From a virus (taxonomy: Duplodnaviria > Caudoviricetes): DNA of 32,681 nucleotides. The notes under the pieces are model-generated. The model saw nothing but the letters and a program-made list of their open reading frames with translations, searched no databases and had not been told where the DNA came from. The position numbers and the translations under genes are program-made. Where the stretch lies: positions 1 through 32,681 of IMG/VR virus record IMGVR_UViG_3300049436_000094, one strand, 5' to 3'. Below are positions 7,356 through 16,321 of the stretch, piece by piece. Numbering within the stretch: the first letter of the stretch is position 1; each line of letters begins with the position of its first letter.

Positions 7356-9802
7356 TAAACGAGTCCCCAGGCGACGCGGAGCCGCACCACCCGCCGACCG
7401 GCCGCGAGACATCCTGTTCCGCCAAGCCCCTTGATGTTGCGCGCATCCCAGTCGCGCTCCGCGAGCGTTCGCAGTGGGTCTGCTGGAAATACATCACCCG
7501 TGGCGGCAAGCAGGCCAAATGCCCCGTCAACGCTCGGGGCGGCGGGCGCGCCGACTCGACCGATCCGGCAACATGGGCGTCGTTCGATGATGCTGTCGCA
7601 GCATGGAAGTCGGGCGGGTACGCAGGGATCGGATATGTCTTCGCAGCAGACGATCCCTTCTGCGGTATCGACCTCGACGGGTGCATCGATGACGCCGGGG
7701 CCATCGTCCCGGCGGCGCGCGAAATCATAGATTCGCTGAACTCGTACACCGAAGTCTCGCCAAGCGGGCGCGGCGTCAAAGTGTTTATCGGTGGCCGGAA
7801 GCCCGAGGGGATCGGCTGCAAGTCGAAGGCCATCGTCGGGTTTAAGGAAACCGAGGTGTACGACCGGGAGCGGTTCTTTACCGTCACCGGCCAGCTTGTT
7901 GCTGACATGCCCGGCGGTGTCGCCGAGCAGCAGGCCGCACTCGACGCGCTCTGCATACGCCTTTGGCCCAAGAAGCAGAGGGCGCACCGTAACGGCACCA
8001 TAGCGTCGGCGGGATTCGGCGGCGATGACGAATCCCTCATCCAGCGGGCGAGCGCCTCGAAGAACGGTGATCGCTTCGCCAAGCTCTGGGCGGGCGACAC
8101 GTCCATGCATGGCGACGACGCCAGCGGAGCCGACCAAGCGCTGTGCAACTCTCTGGCGTTCTGGACCGGCAAGGACGCTGAACGCATGGACCGGCTGTTC
8201 CGGCGCTCGGGATTGTTCCGCGAGAAGTGGGACGAGAAGCGAGGTGCCCGTACCTACGGGCAGATGACCATCGACAAGGCCATCGCGGACTGCCAGGAGA
8301 CGTACTCACCGCATCGCCGCGCCGCATCCGCTGGGTCGGCTGTCGGCGGTGAAGGCGACCCGGAAGCACCTGGCGGCGATGGTCTACTCGTTCCGCTCGG
8401 CCAGAAGGACCCGGCATCGGGCCGGTTGGTGTTGTCGCCGCGCCGCACTCTCCCCACCGCCGAGGCGTATGCGCGCGAGTTCAACCAGCACGTTGATGGC
8501 CGCACGCTGCACGGCTACGGCGGCTTGCTCATGGAATGGCGGGGCAACCGCTACTGCCAAGTCGAGGAGGAATGGCTCAAACAGCGGCTCCAGCCGTGGC
8601 TTCACAAGGCGCTGCGATATGTGCTCAACAAGCAAACCGGCGAGATGGAGTTGGTGGACTTCGAGTCCAATCCGACGACCGTCAAACAAACCCTCGACAC
8701 GATCCGCGCGTACGTCCACCTTCCGGCTACGACGGTTTCCCCGTCATGGCTGGACGGGGGCAGGGACCGTCCGTCCGCGATCGAACTTCTGCCATGCAAA
8801 TCGCTGAACCTGCACATCCCGACTGGCCGCATTCTCCCGCCGACACCGGCGCTGTTCACTATCAACGCGCTCGACTTCGACTACGACCCCAATCCAGAGC
8901 CCCCCGAGCGGTGGATCAAGTTCCTCGAGCAGTTGTTCGGAGACGATCTCGAATCCGTGGAGTTGCTCCAGGAATGGATGGGCTATTGCCTCACCGGCGA
9001 CACCAGCCAGCAAAAGATGCTCCTTCTCGTGGGGCCGAGGCGTTCGGGCAAGGGCACGATCGGGCGCATCGTCACCCGCTTGGTCGGCGCGGGCAATGTC
9101 GTGGGACCGACGACCAGCAGCCTCGCCGGGAACTTCGGCCTCCAGCCCCTGATCGAGAAGTCTCTGGCCATCGTCAGCGACGCCCGCTTCGGCGGCGACA
9201 ACGTCGGCACGGTGGTTGAACGGCTCCTGTGCATCTCCGGCGAAGACACCCTCACGATCGACAGGAAGTTCCTGGGCTCCGTCAGCATGAAACTGGCGAC
9301 GCGGTTCATGTTCCTGACGAACGAATTGCCCCGGCTCAACGACGCCAGCACGGCTCTCGCCGGGCGTTTCCTCGTGCTTCGTCTGTCTCACACGTTCTAT
9401 GGCAACGAGGATGTGACGCTGACCGACCAACTGCTGGCCGAGTTGCCCGGCATCCTCCTGTGGGCCATCGGGGGCTGGAAGCGTCTGCGGGCGCGCGGCA
9501 GGTTCGTACAACCCAAGAGCGGCGAGGACGCCATCCGCGACATGGAGGACCTGGCGTCGCCGGTCGGCGCCTTCATCCGTGATCGCTGCATCGTCGGCGT
9601 CGGGCATCGAGCGTGGGTGGATGATCTCTACAACGCATGGAAGGCGTGGTGCGAGCAGGACGGTCGCAATGCCGTCAGCACGAAGCAGGCGTTCGGGCGT
9701 GATCTCATGGCCGCCGCACCGGGGGTTGCACGCCGTCGCGGAACCGGCATGGTGGCCTTCTACGAGGGCATCGGTCTCCAGCGGGAGGTGCCGCCGGCAT
9801 GA
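7352..9802 (+). CDS. Primase-polymerase (NrS-1-like AEP) fused to a P4/D5-type SF3 helicase
   Basis: QWVCWKY, DPATWASF, GIDLDGC, YTEVSPSGRG, EVYDRERFFTVTG; helical bundle LAFWTGKD..RMDRLFRRSGL; Walker A GPRRSGKGT; FLTNELP. GTG 7352 overlaps the upstream stop. Confidence 0.92.
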   Translation: MINESPGDAEPHHPPTGRETSCSAKPLDVARIPVALRERSQWVCWKYITRGGKQAKCPVNARGGGRADSTDPATWASFDDAVAAWKSGGYAGIGYVFAADDPFCGIDLDGCIDDAGAIVPAAREIIDSLNSYTEVSPSGRGVKVFIGGRKPEGIGCKSKAIVGFKETEVYDRERFFTVTGQLVADMPGGVAEQQAALDALCIRLWPKKQRAHRNGTIASAGFGGDDESLIQRASASKNGDRFAKLWAGDTSMHGDDASGADQALCNSLAFWTGKDAERMDRLFRRSGLFREKWDEKRGARTYGQMTIDKAIADCQETYSPHRRAASAGSAVGGEGDPEAPGGDGLLVPLGQKDPASGRLVLSPRRTLPTAEAYAREFNQHVDGRTLHGYGGLLMEWRGNRYCQVEEEWLKQRLQPWLHKALRYVLNKQTGEMELVDFESNPTTVKQTLDTIRAYVHLPATTVSPSWLDGGRDRPSAIELLPCKSLNLHIPTGRILPPTPALFTINALDFDYDPNPEPPERWIKFLEQLFGDDLESVELLQEWMGYCLTGDTSQQKMLLLVGPRRSGKGTIGRIVTRLVGAGNVVGPTTSSLAGNFGLQPLIEKSLAIVSDARFGGDNVGTVVERLLCISGEDTLTIDRKFLGSVSMKLATRFMFLTNELPRLNDASTALAGRFLVLRLSHTFYGNEDVTLTDQLLAELPGILLWAIGGWKRLRARGRFVQPKSGEDAIRDMEDLASPVGAFIRDRCIVGVGHRAWVDDLYNAWKAWCEQDGRNAVSTKQAFGRDLMAAAPGVARRRGTGMVAFYEGIGLQREVPPA

Positions 9803-9822
9803 CCGCTGCCCCGCACTGTCAC

Positions 9823-9924
9823 GAACTGTCGCGTCAGTCGCCATCGCGGCGGACTCCACGCTGCGTGCGTGCGTGCGCAGGCGCGCCCGCGTGCGTAGGC
9901 ATCAATGGGAACTGTCGCGTCAGT
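9823..9924 (+). repeat. 16-bp direct repeat GAACTGTCGCGTCAGT (two copies); candidate origin iterons
   Basis: Exact copies at 9823-9838 and 9909-9924 flanking a (GCGT)n tract, immediately after the helicase stop. Confidence 0.7.
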
Positions 9925-10115
9925 GCGCGGCAGTTCGCCTCAGTCATCCCCGCTTGCGGGCTCCGGTCCGTGGGCCACGACGTTGGCACGGGTTGCGGAC
10001 GCGCCGACGGTTCGGACGCCTGCCCCGCTCCCGCACGGGCGGCCCACGGCCCAACGTCGCCCAACGGGTGCGGAGGGGGCGGATTGTGGGTAACTGGGGT
10101 AGGTAGGCGCGGGTT

Positions 10116-10160
10116 AGGTACTTCCCGAGGGGGGACCGGCCCCCTACGCCCGCGGGAACA
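10116..10160 (+). other. Candidate cos (packaging) site
   Basis: AGGTACTTCCC resembles lambda cosQ context GGGTCCTTTCC. It is followed by an AGGGGG/CCCCCT dyad (10128-10145) and CCCGCGGG (10149-10156). The phage has a gpA-like terminase and lambda-type portal. Confidence 0.4.
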
Positions 10161-10280
10161 GCCGCGCTTCCCGACTGAGTTTGTTTGCGCGTCCGAGCGC
10201 CGGGCGGGACCCCCGGGCGAGGCCGCGACGTGGGCCAACGTGGGCGAACGGCTGGCCAACGCGCAGGGCGTTTGGACGCT

Positions 10281-10324
10281 CGCCCGACGCCATTCCGACG
10301 CAGATCCGACAGCAAACCGACGGG
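10281..10324 (+). repeat. 4 x 11-bp phased array, core CCGAC
   Basis: CGCCCGACGCC ATTCCGACGCA GATCCGACAGC AAACCGACGGG; CCGAC at 10284, 10295, 10306 and 10317. Confidence 0.8.
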
Positions 10325-10381
10325 TCCGGCCGCGCGTGCGGCGGGGCATGACGGAATCGCAATCGCCGCAAGGAGCGAGGC

Positions 10382-11737
10382 ATGAAGATCGAGATGTGGC
10401 CGCTGGCCAACGTGAAGCCGTACGAGAAGAACCCGCGCAAGAACGAGGGCGCGGTCGATGCGGTCGCCAAGAGCATCCAGGAGTTCGGATTCCGCGTGCC
10501 GATCGTCGTCGATGGTGACGGCGTCGTTATCGCGGGGCATACCCGCCTCAAGGCCGCCGAGAAGCTCGGGCTCAAGCAGGTGCCTGTGCATGTCGCCCGC
10601 GAACTCAGCCCCGAGAAGGTGCGGGCGCTCCGCATCGCCGACAACAAACTTCACGAGTTGTCGTCGTGGGACATGGACCTGCTGCCCCTCGAACTGAGCG
10701 ACCTCAAGAGCGCTGATTTCGATCTGTCGCTGCTGGGATTCAGCGACGAGGATCTGGCGGCAATCATGGCCCCGGCGGGGAATGACGGTCTGACCGATCC
10801 GGATGATGTGCCCGCCCCGCCCGACGCCGCGACGACGGTGCCCGGCGACATCTGGGTGCTGGGCAACCACCGCCTCATGTGCGGCGACAGCAGCAAGCCC
10901 GCGGACTTGGACCGCCTGCTCGACGGCCAGCCTATCCACCTGGTCAACACCGACCCGCCCTACAACGTGAAGGTCGAGCCGCGGAGCAACAACGCGATCG
11001 CGGCGGGGTTGTCGTCGTTCCAGGCGACCAACGCCAAGCCGCAGACGCACCACCAGAGCCTGGACCTCGCCCGCCATCCCGAGAAGGCCAAGCCGACAGG
11101 GAAGAAGCTCCGTGCCAAGGACCGCCCGCTGGCGAACGACTTCGTGTCCGACCAGGAGTTCGATCGCCTGCTCGCTACCTGGTTCGGCAACATCGCGCGC
11201 GTGCTCATTCCGGGCGGTGGGTTTTACATCTGGGGCGGCTACGCCAACTGCGCCAACTACCCGCCGGTGCTCAAGGCGATGGAGCTGTACTTCAGCCAGG
11301 CGGTGATCTGGATCAAGGAGCACCCGGTCCTGACCCGCAAGGACTTCATGGGCAATCACGAGTGGTGCTTTTACGGCTGGAAGGAGGGCGCTGCCCACCG
11401 CTTCTTCGGGCCCGCGAACGTGCCCGATACCTGGTCGGTCAAGAAGGTCAACCCGCAGAGCATGGTCCACCTGACGGAGAAGCCCGTAGAGCTCGCGCGG
11501 CGGGCCATCGAGTTCTCGTCGCGTCCTGGCGAGAACGTGCTCGACCTGTTCGGCGGGAGCGGCAGCACGCTCATCGGCGCGGAGATGACCGGGCGGCGGG
11601 CGTTCCTGATGGAGCTGGACCCGCTCTACTGCGATGTAATCGTGCAGCGATGGGAGAAGTTTACGGGCCGCAAGGCGGAGCGGCTGCCGGCGAACTCTGT
11701 GGCCGAAGAGAAAGCCCCGGCAATCGCCGAGGCGTGA
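10382..11737 (+). CDS. ParB-N domain fused to an N6A/N4C DNA methyltransferase (beta class)
   Basis: ParB-like PYEKNPRKN...FGFRVPIVVD...IAGHTRLKAA. Motif IV TDPPY precedes HLTEKPVEL and motif I VLDLFGGSGST. Confidence 0.93.
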   Translation: MKIEMWPLANVKPYEKNPRKNEGAVDAVAKSIQEFGFRVPIVVDGDGVVIAGHTRLKAAEKLGLKQVPVHVARELSPEKVRALRIADNKLHELSSWDMDLLPLELSDLKSADFDLSLLGFSDEDLAAIMAPAGNDGLTDPDDVPAPPDAATTVPGDIWVLGNHRLMCGDSSKPADLDRLLDGQPIHLVNTDPPYNVKVEPRSNNAIAAGLSSFQATNAKPQTHHQSLDLARHPEKAKPTGKKLRAKDRPLANDFVSDQEFDRLLATWFGNIARVLIPGGGFYIWGGYANCANYPPVLKAMELYFSQAVIWIKEHPVLTRKDFMGNHEWCFYGWKEGAAHRFFGPANVPDTWSVKKVNPQSMVHLTEKPVELARRAIEFSSRPGENVLDLFGGSGSTLIGAEMTGRRAFLMELDPLYCDVIVQRWEKFTGRKAERLPANSVAEEKAPAIAEA

Positions 11738-11755
11738 GGAGGGGCACCGATGCGT

Positions 11756-12235
11756 TCAGGCGCTGGGGCCCTTCTCCCGAAGGGCGTGGAACTCGACCAT
11801 CGCGTCCTCGTAGGGCGTCTTACCTGCGGCGGCGTGGTTACGGCCGCCCGCGGGAACGACCACGCTGCGCTCCTTGAGAAAGGCGAAGGCGACGGCCGCC
11901 TGCGTCCAGGGGATGTTGGCGGCGTGCCTGAGGTCCTCGAGGTTGAACGGGCTCGTGGCCTCGGCCACCGCATCGGCGACCGCCTCGAAGGCGTCCTCCG
12001 GGCACCGGTGCTGGTACGGCTCGCCCCTCATCGGCACGACGCTCCGAACCAGCGCCCGGGTCGCGTCGACGGCGAACGCCTCCGTCCGCTCGTTCGCGGG
12101 CGGCTCGTTGCAGGCCGCGACCGCGTGCTCCAGCGCGTCCCACTCCTCGGTGGTGAGCATCTGAACCTCGCGCGCGTCGAGCAGGCGCTCGGCCGCTTCG
12201 AGCAGCGCGTCGAGTTGGGCGCGGGTGGCCTGCAT
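11756..12235 (-). CDS. Hypothetical protein (antisense cassette)
   Basis: AGGAGG RBS upstream on the minus strand; 159 aa with natural composition; tightly packed with neighbours. Confidence 0.7.
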   Translation of the reverse strand: MQATRAQLDALLEAAERLLDAREVQMLTTEEWDALEHAVAACNEPPANERTEAFAVDATRALVRSVVPMRGEPYQHRCPEDAFEAVADAVAEATSPFNLEDLRHAANIPWTQAAVAFAFLKERSVVVPAGGRNHAAAGKTPYEDAMVEFHALREKGPSA

Positions 12236-12238
12236 GGG

Positions 12239-12547
12239 TCATGCCTCCTTTCTCGGGTTGGGGTTATCGTCCTCAGGGTCGTACCGCAATGTCGCGGTGC
12301 CGTCCGGATTCAGCGTGGGCTGCTGGCCCTCCCACGGGCGCGGCTGCTCGTAGCAGCAGAGAAAGAGCACCGGCGCCGTGGCCTCACGCAGCGTCACGCG
12401 GTGGACCTTGTCAACATCCGCCTTCGCGCAAACACGCTGTTCGGCGTAGGCCGCGCTGAACCTGGGGCCATTGATGATGCCGACGACGACCTGCGCGTTG
12501 GGGTCGAGCCCCTGCAGCGCCTCGAACAACTCCTTGACGGTCAACAT
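12239..12547 (-). CDS. Hypothetical protein (antisense cassette)
   Basis: MLTVKELFEALQGLDPNAQVVV N-terminus is typical of small phage proteins; 3-bp gaps to both neighbours. Confidence 0.75.
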   Translation of the reverse strand: MLTVKELFEALQGLDPNAQVVVGIINGPRFSAAYAEQRVCAKADVDKVHRVTLREATAPVLFLCCYEQPRPWEGQQPTLNPDGTATLRYDPEDDNPNPRKEA

Positions 12548-12550
12548 GGG

Positions 12551-13003
12551 TCAGGCCCCCTTCCCGGCCACGAACTGGCCCTTGTCGTGCTTCTTGAACC
12601 GAGCCTTGTCGCACTTGGCGGCGATCTCGCGGATGATGGCGGCATAGAGCGTCGCCTCGGGCGTCTTGCCGCCCGGGCTCTTCCAGAGGCCCTTGGCCTC
12701 CATCTCCGCGATCATCTCCTTGGCCCGCATTGGCTTGTCCGCGCCCGCGACCACCGTCGCCGCCGCGTCCAGGGCGCTGACGCGCTTGGGCTTCTTCTCC
12801 TTCGCGGGCTTCGGGGCCGTGGGCGTCTTCGGTGCCTTGTCGCCCTTGCCCTTCGCCTTCGCACCCTCGGCAGGCTTCCCGTCGAGCCGCTCCTTGATCT
12901 CGGCGAGCGCGGCCTTGCGGAGGCGCTCGCTGCGAGCGGCCCCCTCGGCGCGGGCGGCGCTCTTGGACATGCGGACGGGCTTCTTCGTGGTCTTCGTGCT
13001 CAT
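12551..13003 (-). CDS. HARE-HTH (HB1/ASXL-type winged helix) protein with a Lys-rich N-terminus
   Basis: [10 protein letters not shown]...PMRAKEMI...[23 protein letters not shown]...[17 protein letters not shown] supports ATG at 13003. Confidence 0.85.
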   Translation of the reverse strand: MSTKTTKKPVRMSKSAARAEGAARSERLRKAALAEIKERLDGKPAEGAKAKGKGDKAPKTPTAPKPAKEKKPKRVSALDAAATVVAGADKPMRAKEMIAEMEAKGLWKSPGGKTPEATLYAAIIREIAAKCDKARFKKHDKGQFVAGKGA

Positions 13004-13031
13004 GCTGTTCTCCAAACTACGGGTGTGGGAT

Positions 13032-13052
13032 CCCGCCGCACGTTGCGGCGGG
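13032..13052. repeat. Perfect 9-bp hairpin CCCGCCGCA-CGT-TGCGGCGGG
   Basis: Intergenic, between two minus-strand genes; no U-tract. Confidence 0.7.
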
Positions 13053-13093
13053 GAAGCGCGTCCGAGGCGGTGTCCCGCGTCGTCGCGTGCGGC

Positions 13094-13636
13094 TTACCTC
13101 CCGAAGATGTGCTCGGCGAGGCCAGCGGCGAGCAGTCCGACGATCGCCATGGCGGCGTCGGTCGTGGGCTTGCGGTCCCAGCCCCGGTCGAAGCAGGCAA
13201 CCTCGCGGTGCGTGAAGTGCTCTTGAAGCCACAACTTGGAGATGCGGCTGTCGTCGAGCTCGAAGGCGGCGTCGGTCGCGTGCTCGGGGAAGACCAGCGC
13301 CTCGAACGCGTGCCCGGCGATGTTCCCCTTCACCCAGTTCCCGCCCGTCGCTCGTCCTTCGCGCTTCGTGATCTCCAGCGTGTCCAGAATCTCGCTGGGG
13401 TCCGTCGGCGTGGTCGGCACCGGCTTGCCGCTCGCGGCGGCGTGCCCGGCCTCGAAGGCGATGCGGATCGCTTCGCGGATGCTCGCGACCGAAAGGTCGT
13501 GGAAGTCGAGGGCGTCGCGCTTGCGGTCTTCGAGCGTCTCAAGCCCGAGCGCCTTGCGGACCTGCTCGGTCGCCGCCGCCATGTGGCTGGCCTTCGCTTC
13601 CCTTGCCTTCGTGCTGGTCTTCCTCTTCGCGTTCAT
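13094..13636 (-). CDS. Two-domain hypothetical phage protein (DUF6900-like N-terminal domain)
   Basis: LGLETLEDRKRDALDFHDLSVASIREAIRIAFEAG, then FEALVFPEHA...SRISKLWL...FDRGWDRKP. GGAG RBS before ATG 13636. Confidence 0.75.
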   Translation of the reverse strand: MNAKRKTSTKAREAKASHMAAATEQVRKALGLETLEDRKRDALDFHDLSVASIREAIRIAFEAGHAAASGKPVPTTPTDPSEILDTLEITKREGRATGGNWVKGNIAGHAFEALVFPEHATDAAFELDDSRISKLWLQEHFTHREVACFDRGWDRKPTTDAAMAIVGLLAAGLAEHIFGR

Positions 13637-13750
13637 GTTCGTGTTCTCCGTTGCGGGTTTCCGGCCCGCGTTGTGACACATGAAGCCATGACATCCGCGC
13701 ACCGGCAAGGCGATTGCGCCAGGATTCGCCGTGAATCTCGCACTTCTGGC

Positions 13751-13781
13751 TACCTACGCGAAACTTGTGGGCAACTGGCGG
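13751..13781 (-). promoter_or_regulatory. Predicted phage ECF-sigma promoter, copy 3 (antisense cassette)
   Basis: Minus strand reads CCGCCAG, 16 nt ending in TTCG, then CGTAGGTA. One mismatch in the first box and +1 spacing compared with the other copies. Confidence 0.55.
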
Positions 13782-13806
13782 CACATGTGTGTACGGGAGG
13801 TCCGCG

Positions 13807-14046
13807 ATGACTCCCGAACACGCGCCTAGTCCCGGGCCATCACCGGGGATGTCCCGGCTCAACCCCGCCGCGCTGCCGGTGGCCGATGCGGCCCATGTGC
13901 TGACGCGGCTGGGCGCGAAGGCCGTGACGGAGGCGATGCTCCGCGACGACATCGCAGCAGGCGCGCCAACCAACGCGGACGGAACCATCAACCTCGTGCA
14001 TTACGCCGCCTGGCTTGTGAAGGAGTTGTCCTCCGGTGGCGATTGA
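13807..14046 (+). CDS. Small HTH protein, probable terminase small subunit DNA-binding component
   Basis: GGGAGG RBS; LPVADAAHVLTRLG...VTEAMLRDDI...GTINLVHYAAWL; overlaps the terL start. Confidence 0.65.
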   Translation: MTPEHAPSPGPSPGMSRLNPAALPVADAAHVLTRLGAKAVTEAMLRDDIAAGAPTNADGTINLVHYAAWLVKELSSGGD

Positions 14047-16321
14047 CCCGCGCAAACTGAAGCCCGGCGAACTCGCCCGGCTGCTCAACAGCACGCCGCT
14101 CGGAGATGTGATCACCGAGCGGCAGCTCCATCGGCACCGCACGAGCGCCGGGTTCCGTGTCGCTGCGGAGGGAGACGCCGGTAAGGTCGATCTCTTCCGG
14201 TACGTCGCGTGGCTCGTGACGACGCGAAGGGAGGCCATCGCCGAGGCCGAGAAGGATGCCGGAGGGTTGACCGGGTACGAAGCGCTGAAGGAGCGCGCCC
14301 GCCAGCGCAATGCGACGCTCTCGCTTTCCGGGCGCGACATCGGGCAGATCCCCGAGGTCGCTGATGTCGGTCGGCGCGACCGGGCCGAGCGGGACTTCCG
14401 GTACTTCTGCGAGGCTTACTTCCCGCAGACGTTCCATCTCAAGTGGTCCGACGATCACCTCAAAGTCATCTCGAAGATCGAGCAGGCGGTGCTGGAGGGT
14501 GGGCTCTTTGCGATGGCGATGCCGCGCGGCTCGGGCAAGACATCGCTCTGCGAGACGGCGTGCCTGTGGGCGCTGCTCTATGGGCATCGTGAGTTCGTCG
14601 CCCTGATCGGTTCCGACGAGGAGCACGCCTCCAGCATGCTCGACAGCATCAAGGCCGAGCTTGAGAACAGCGAGATGCTCGCGGCCGATTTCCCCGAGGT
14701 GTGCCATCCCATCACGGCACTGGAGGGCATCCACCAGCGGGCGGCCGGGCAGTTGCACCTGGGCGAGCAGACCCATATCGGGTGGACGGCGAAGGAGATC
14801 GTGCTCCCGACCATCGCCGGCTCGCGCGCATCCGGCGCGATCATCCGCGTGGCCGGGATCACTGGGCGCATCCGTGGCATGAAGCACAAGCGGGCGGATG
14901 GGGCGAGCCTGCGTCCGTCGCTTGTGCTGATCGACGATCCGCAGACGGACGAGTCGGCTCGGTCTCCTTCACAGTGCGCCACGCGGGAGCGCATCCTGGC
15001 GGGCGCGATCCTCGGCCTCGGCGGGCCGGGCAAGAAGATCGCGGGCCTCATGACGCTGACCGTGGTGCGTCCGGACGACATGGCCGATCGCATCCTCGAC
15101 CGGGACAAGCACCCGCAGTGGCAGGGCGAGCGCACGAAGATGGTGTATTCGTTCCCGGTGCGGGATGCGCTGTGGGCGCGGTACGCCGAGGTCCGAGCGG
15201 ATGGCCTGCGTAACGACCGGGGCCTCGCGGAGGCGACGGCGTTCTATGAGCAACACCGCACGGCGATGGACGAGGGCGCTCGCGTCGCCTGGCCCGAGAG
15301 GTTCAACCACGATGAACGGTCGGCCATCCAGCACGCGATGAACCTCCGGCTCCAGGACGAGCACGCGTTCTTCGCGGAGTATCAGAACGAGCCCCTGCCC
15401 GAGGTTGCAGCCGACGACGATCTCCTGACTGCTGATCAGGTTGCCGCGAAGCTCAGCGGACATGCCCGCGCGGCAGTGCCGATCGGCTGCACCCGACTCA
15501 CCATGTTCGTGGACGTGCAGGGCAAAGCGCTTTTCTACCTCGTGGCCGCCTGGGAAGACAACTTTACCGGGTACGTCATCGACTACGGGACCGAACCGGA
15601 CCAGAAGGCTCCGTACTTCACGCTTCGCGACCTGCGCAAGACGCTTGGAACGGCAGCTCCCCGGGCGGGCGTTGAGGGGGCGATCTACGCGGGGCTAGAA
15701 CGCCTCATCGACGCGACAGTTGCACGCGAGTGGCGGCGTGATGATGGTGCCATGCTCCGTATCGACCGCTGCCTTGTCGATGCCAACTGGGGATCGTCCA
15801 CCGACCTGGTCTACCAGTTCTGCCGCCAGTCAGCGCACGCCAGCGTGCTCACGCCCAGTCACGGCCGATACGTCGGCGCATCGAGCATCCCATTCTCGGA
15901 GTACAAGCGCAAGCGCGGCGACCGTGTCGGGCTCAACTGGCGCATCCCGGTGGTGACCGGGAAGCGGGCCGTTCGCCATGTGATCTTTGACACGAACTAC
16001 TGGAAGTCGTTCGCACACGCACGGCTCGCCGTTCCGATGGGTGATCCGGGATGCCTTTCGCTGTTCGGCAGCAAGCCGGAGCCGCATCGCCTGCTCTCCG
16101 AGCACCTGACCAGCGAGTACCGGGTGAAGACTGAGGGGCGCGGCCGGACTGTGGACGAATGGAAGCTCCGCGTCGAGGGTCTCGACAACCACTGGCTCGA
16201 CTGCCTTGTGGGTTCCGCCGTCGCGGCGTCGATGCAAGGCGCGATTCTGTTCGGAACCGATCGGCTGGCCGTGGCGCGTCCGCGTGTCAAGCTGTCCGAG
16301 CTTCGGGGAGGGCGACGCTGA
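14036..16321 (+). CDS. terL: Terminase large subunit (gpA-like nuclease) with an N-terminal HTH extension
   Basis: Walker A AMPRGSGKT; Walker B LVLIDDPQ; nuclease motifs MFVDVQ, LVDANWG and DNHWLDC; upstream of the portal. Confidence 0.92.
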   Translation: MAIDPRKLKPGELARLLNSTPLGDVITERQLHRHRTSAGFRVAAEGDAGKVDLFRYVAWLVTTRREAIAEAEKDAGGLTGYEALKERARQRNATLSLSGRDIGQIPEVADVGRRDRAERDFRYFCEAYFPQTFHLKWSDDHLKVISKIEQAVLEGGLFAMAMPRGSGKTSLCETACLWALLYGHREFVALIGSDEEHASSMLDSIKAELENSEMLAADFPEVCHPITALEGIHQRAAGQLHLGEQTHIGWTAKEIVLPTIAGSRASGAIIRVAGITGRIRGMKHKRADGASLRPSLVLIDDPQTDESARSPSQCATRERILAGAILGLGGPGKKIAGLMTLTVVRPDDMADRILDRDKHPQWQGERTKMVYSFPVRDALWARYAEVRADGLRNDRGLAEATAFYEQHRTAMDEGARVAWPERFNHDERSAIQHAMNLRLQDEHAFFAEYQNEPLPEVAADDDLLTADQVAAKLSGHARAAVPIGCTRLTMFVDVQGKALFYLVAAWEDNFTGYVIDYGTEPDQKAPYFTLRDLRKTLGTAAPRAGVEGAIYAGLERLIDATVAREWRRDDGAMLRIDRCLVDANWGSSTDLVYQFCRQSAHASVLTPSHGRYVGASSIPFSEYKRKRGDRVGLNWRIPVVTGKRAVRHVIFDTNYWKSFAHARLAVPMGDPGCLSLFGSKPEPHRLLSEHLTSEYRVKTEGRGRTVDEWKLRVEGLDNHWLDCLVGSAVAASMQGAILFGTDRLAVARPRVKLSELRGGRR

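Noticed and set aside
9803-10381. CRISPR array or structured ncRNA in the repeat-rich gap
   Set aside because: Repeats are 11-16 bp without unique 30-40 bp spacers; no cas genes; no recognisable RNA family.
9799-10518. 239-aa ORF after the primase
   Set aside because: Arg/Gly/Cys-rich translation of a repeat-rich region, overlapping the methyltransferase out of frame; better explained as non-coding cis elements.
11750-13810. 686-aa plus-strand ORF
   Set aside because: Antisense shadow of four minus-strand genes that have RBSs and recognisable domains.
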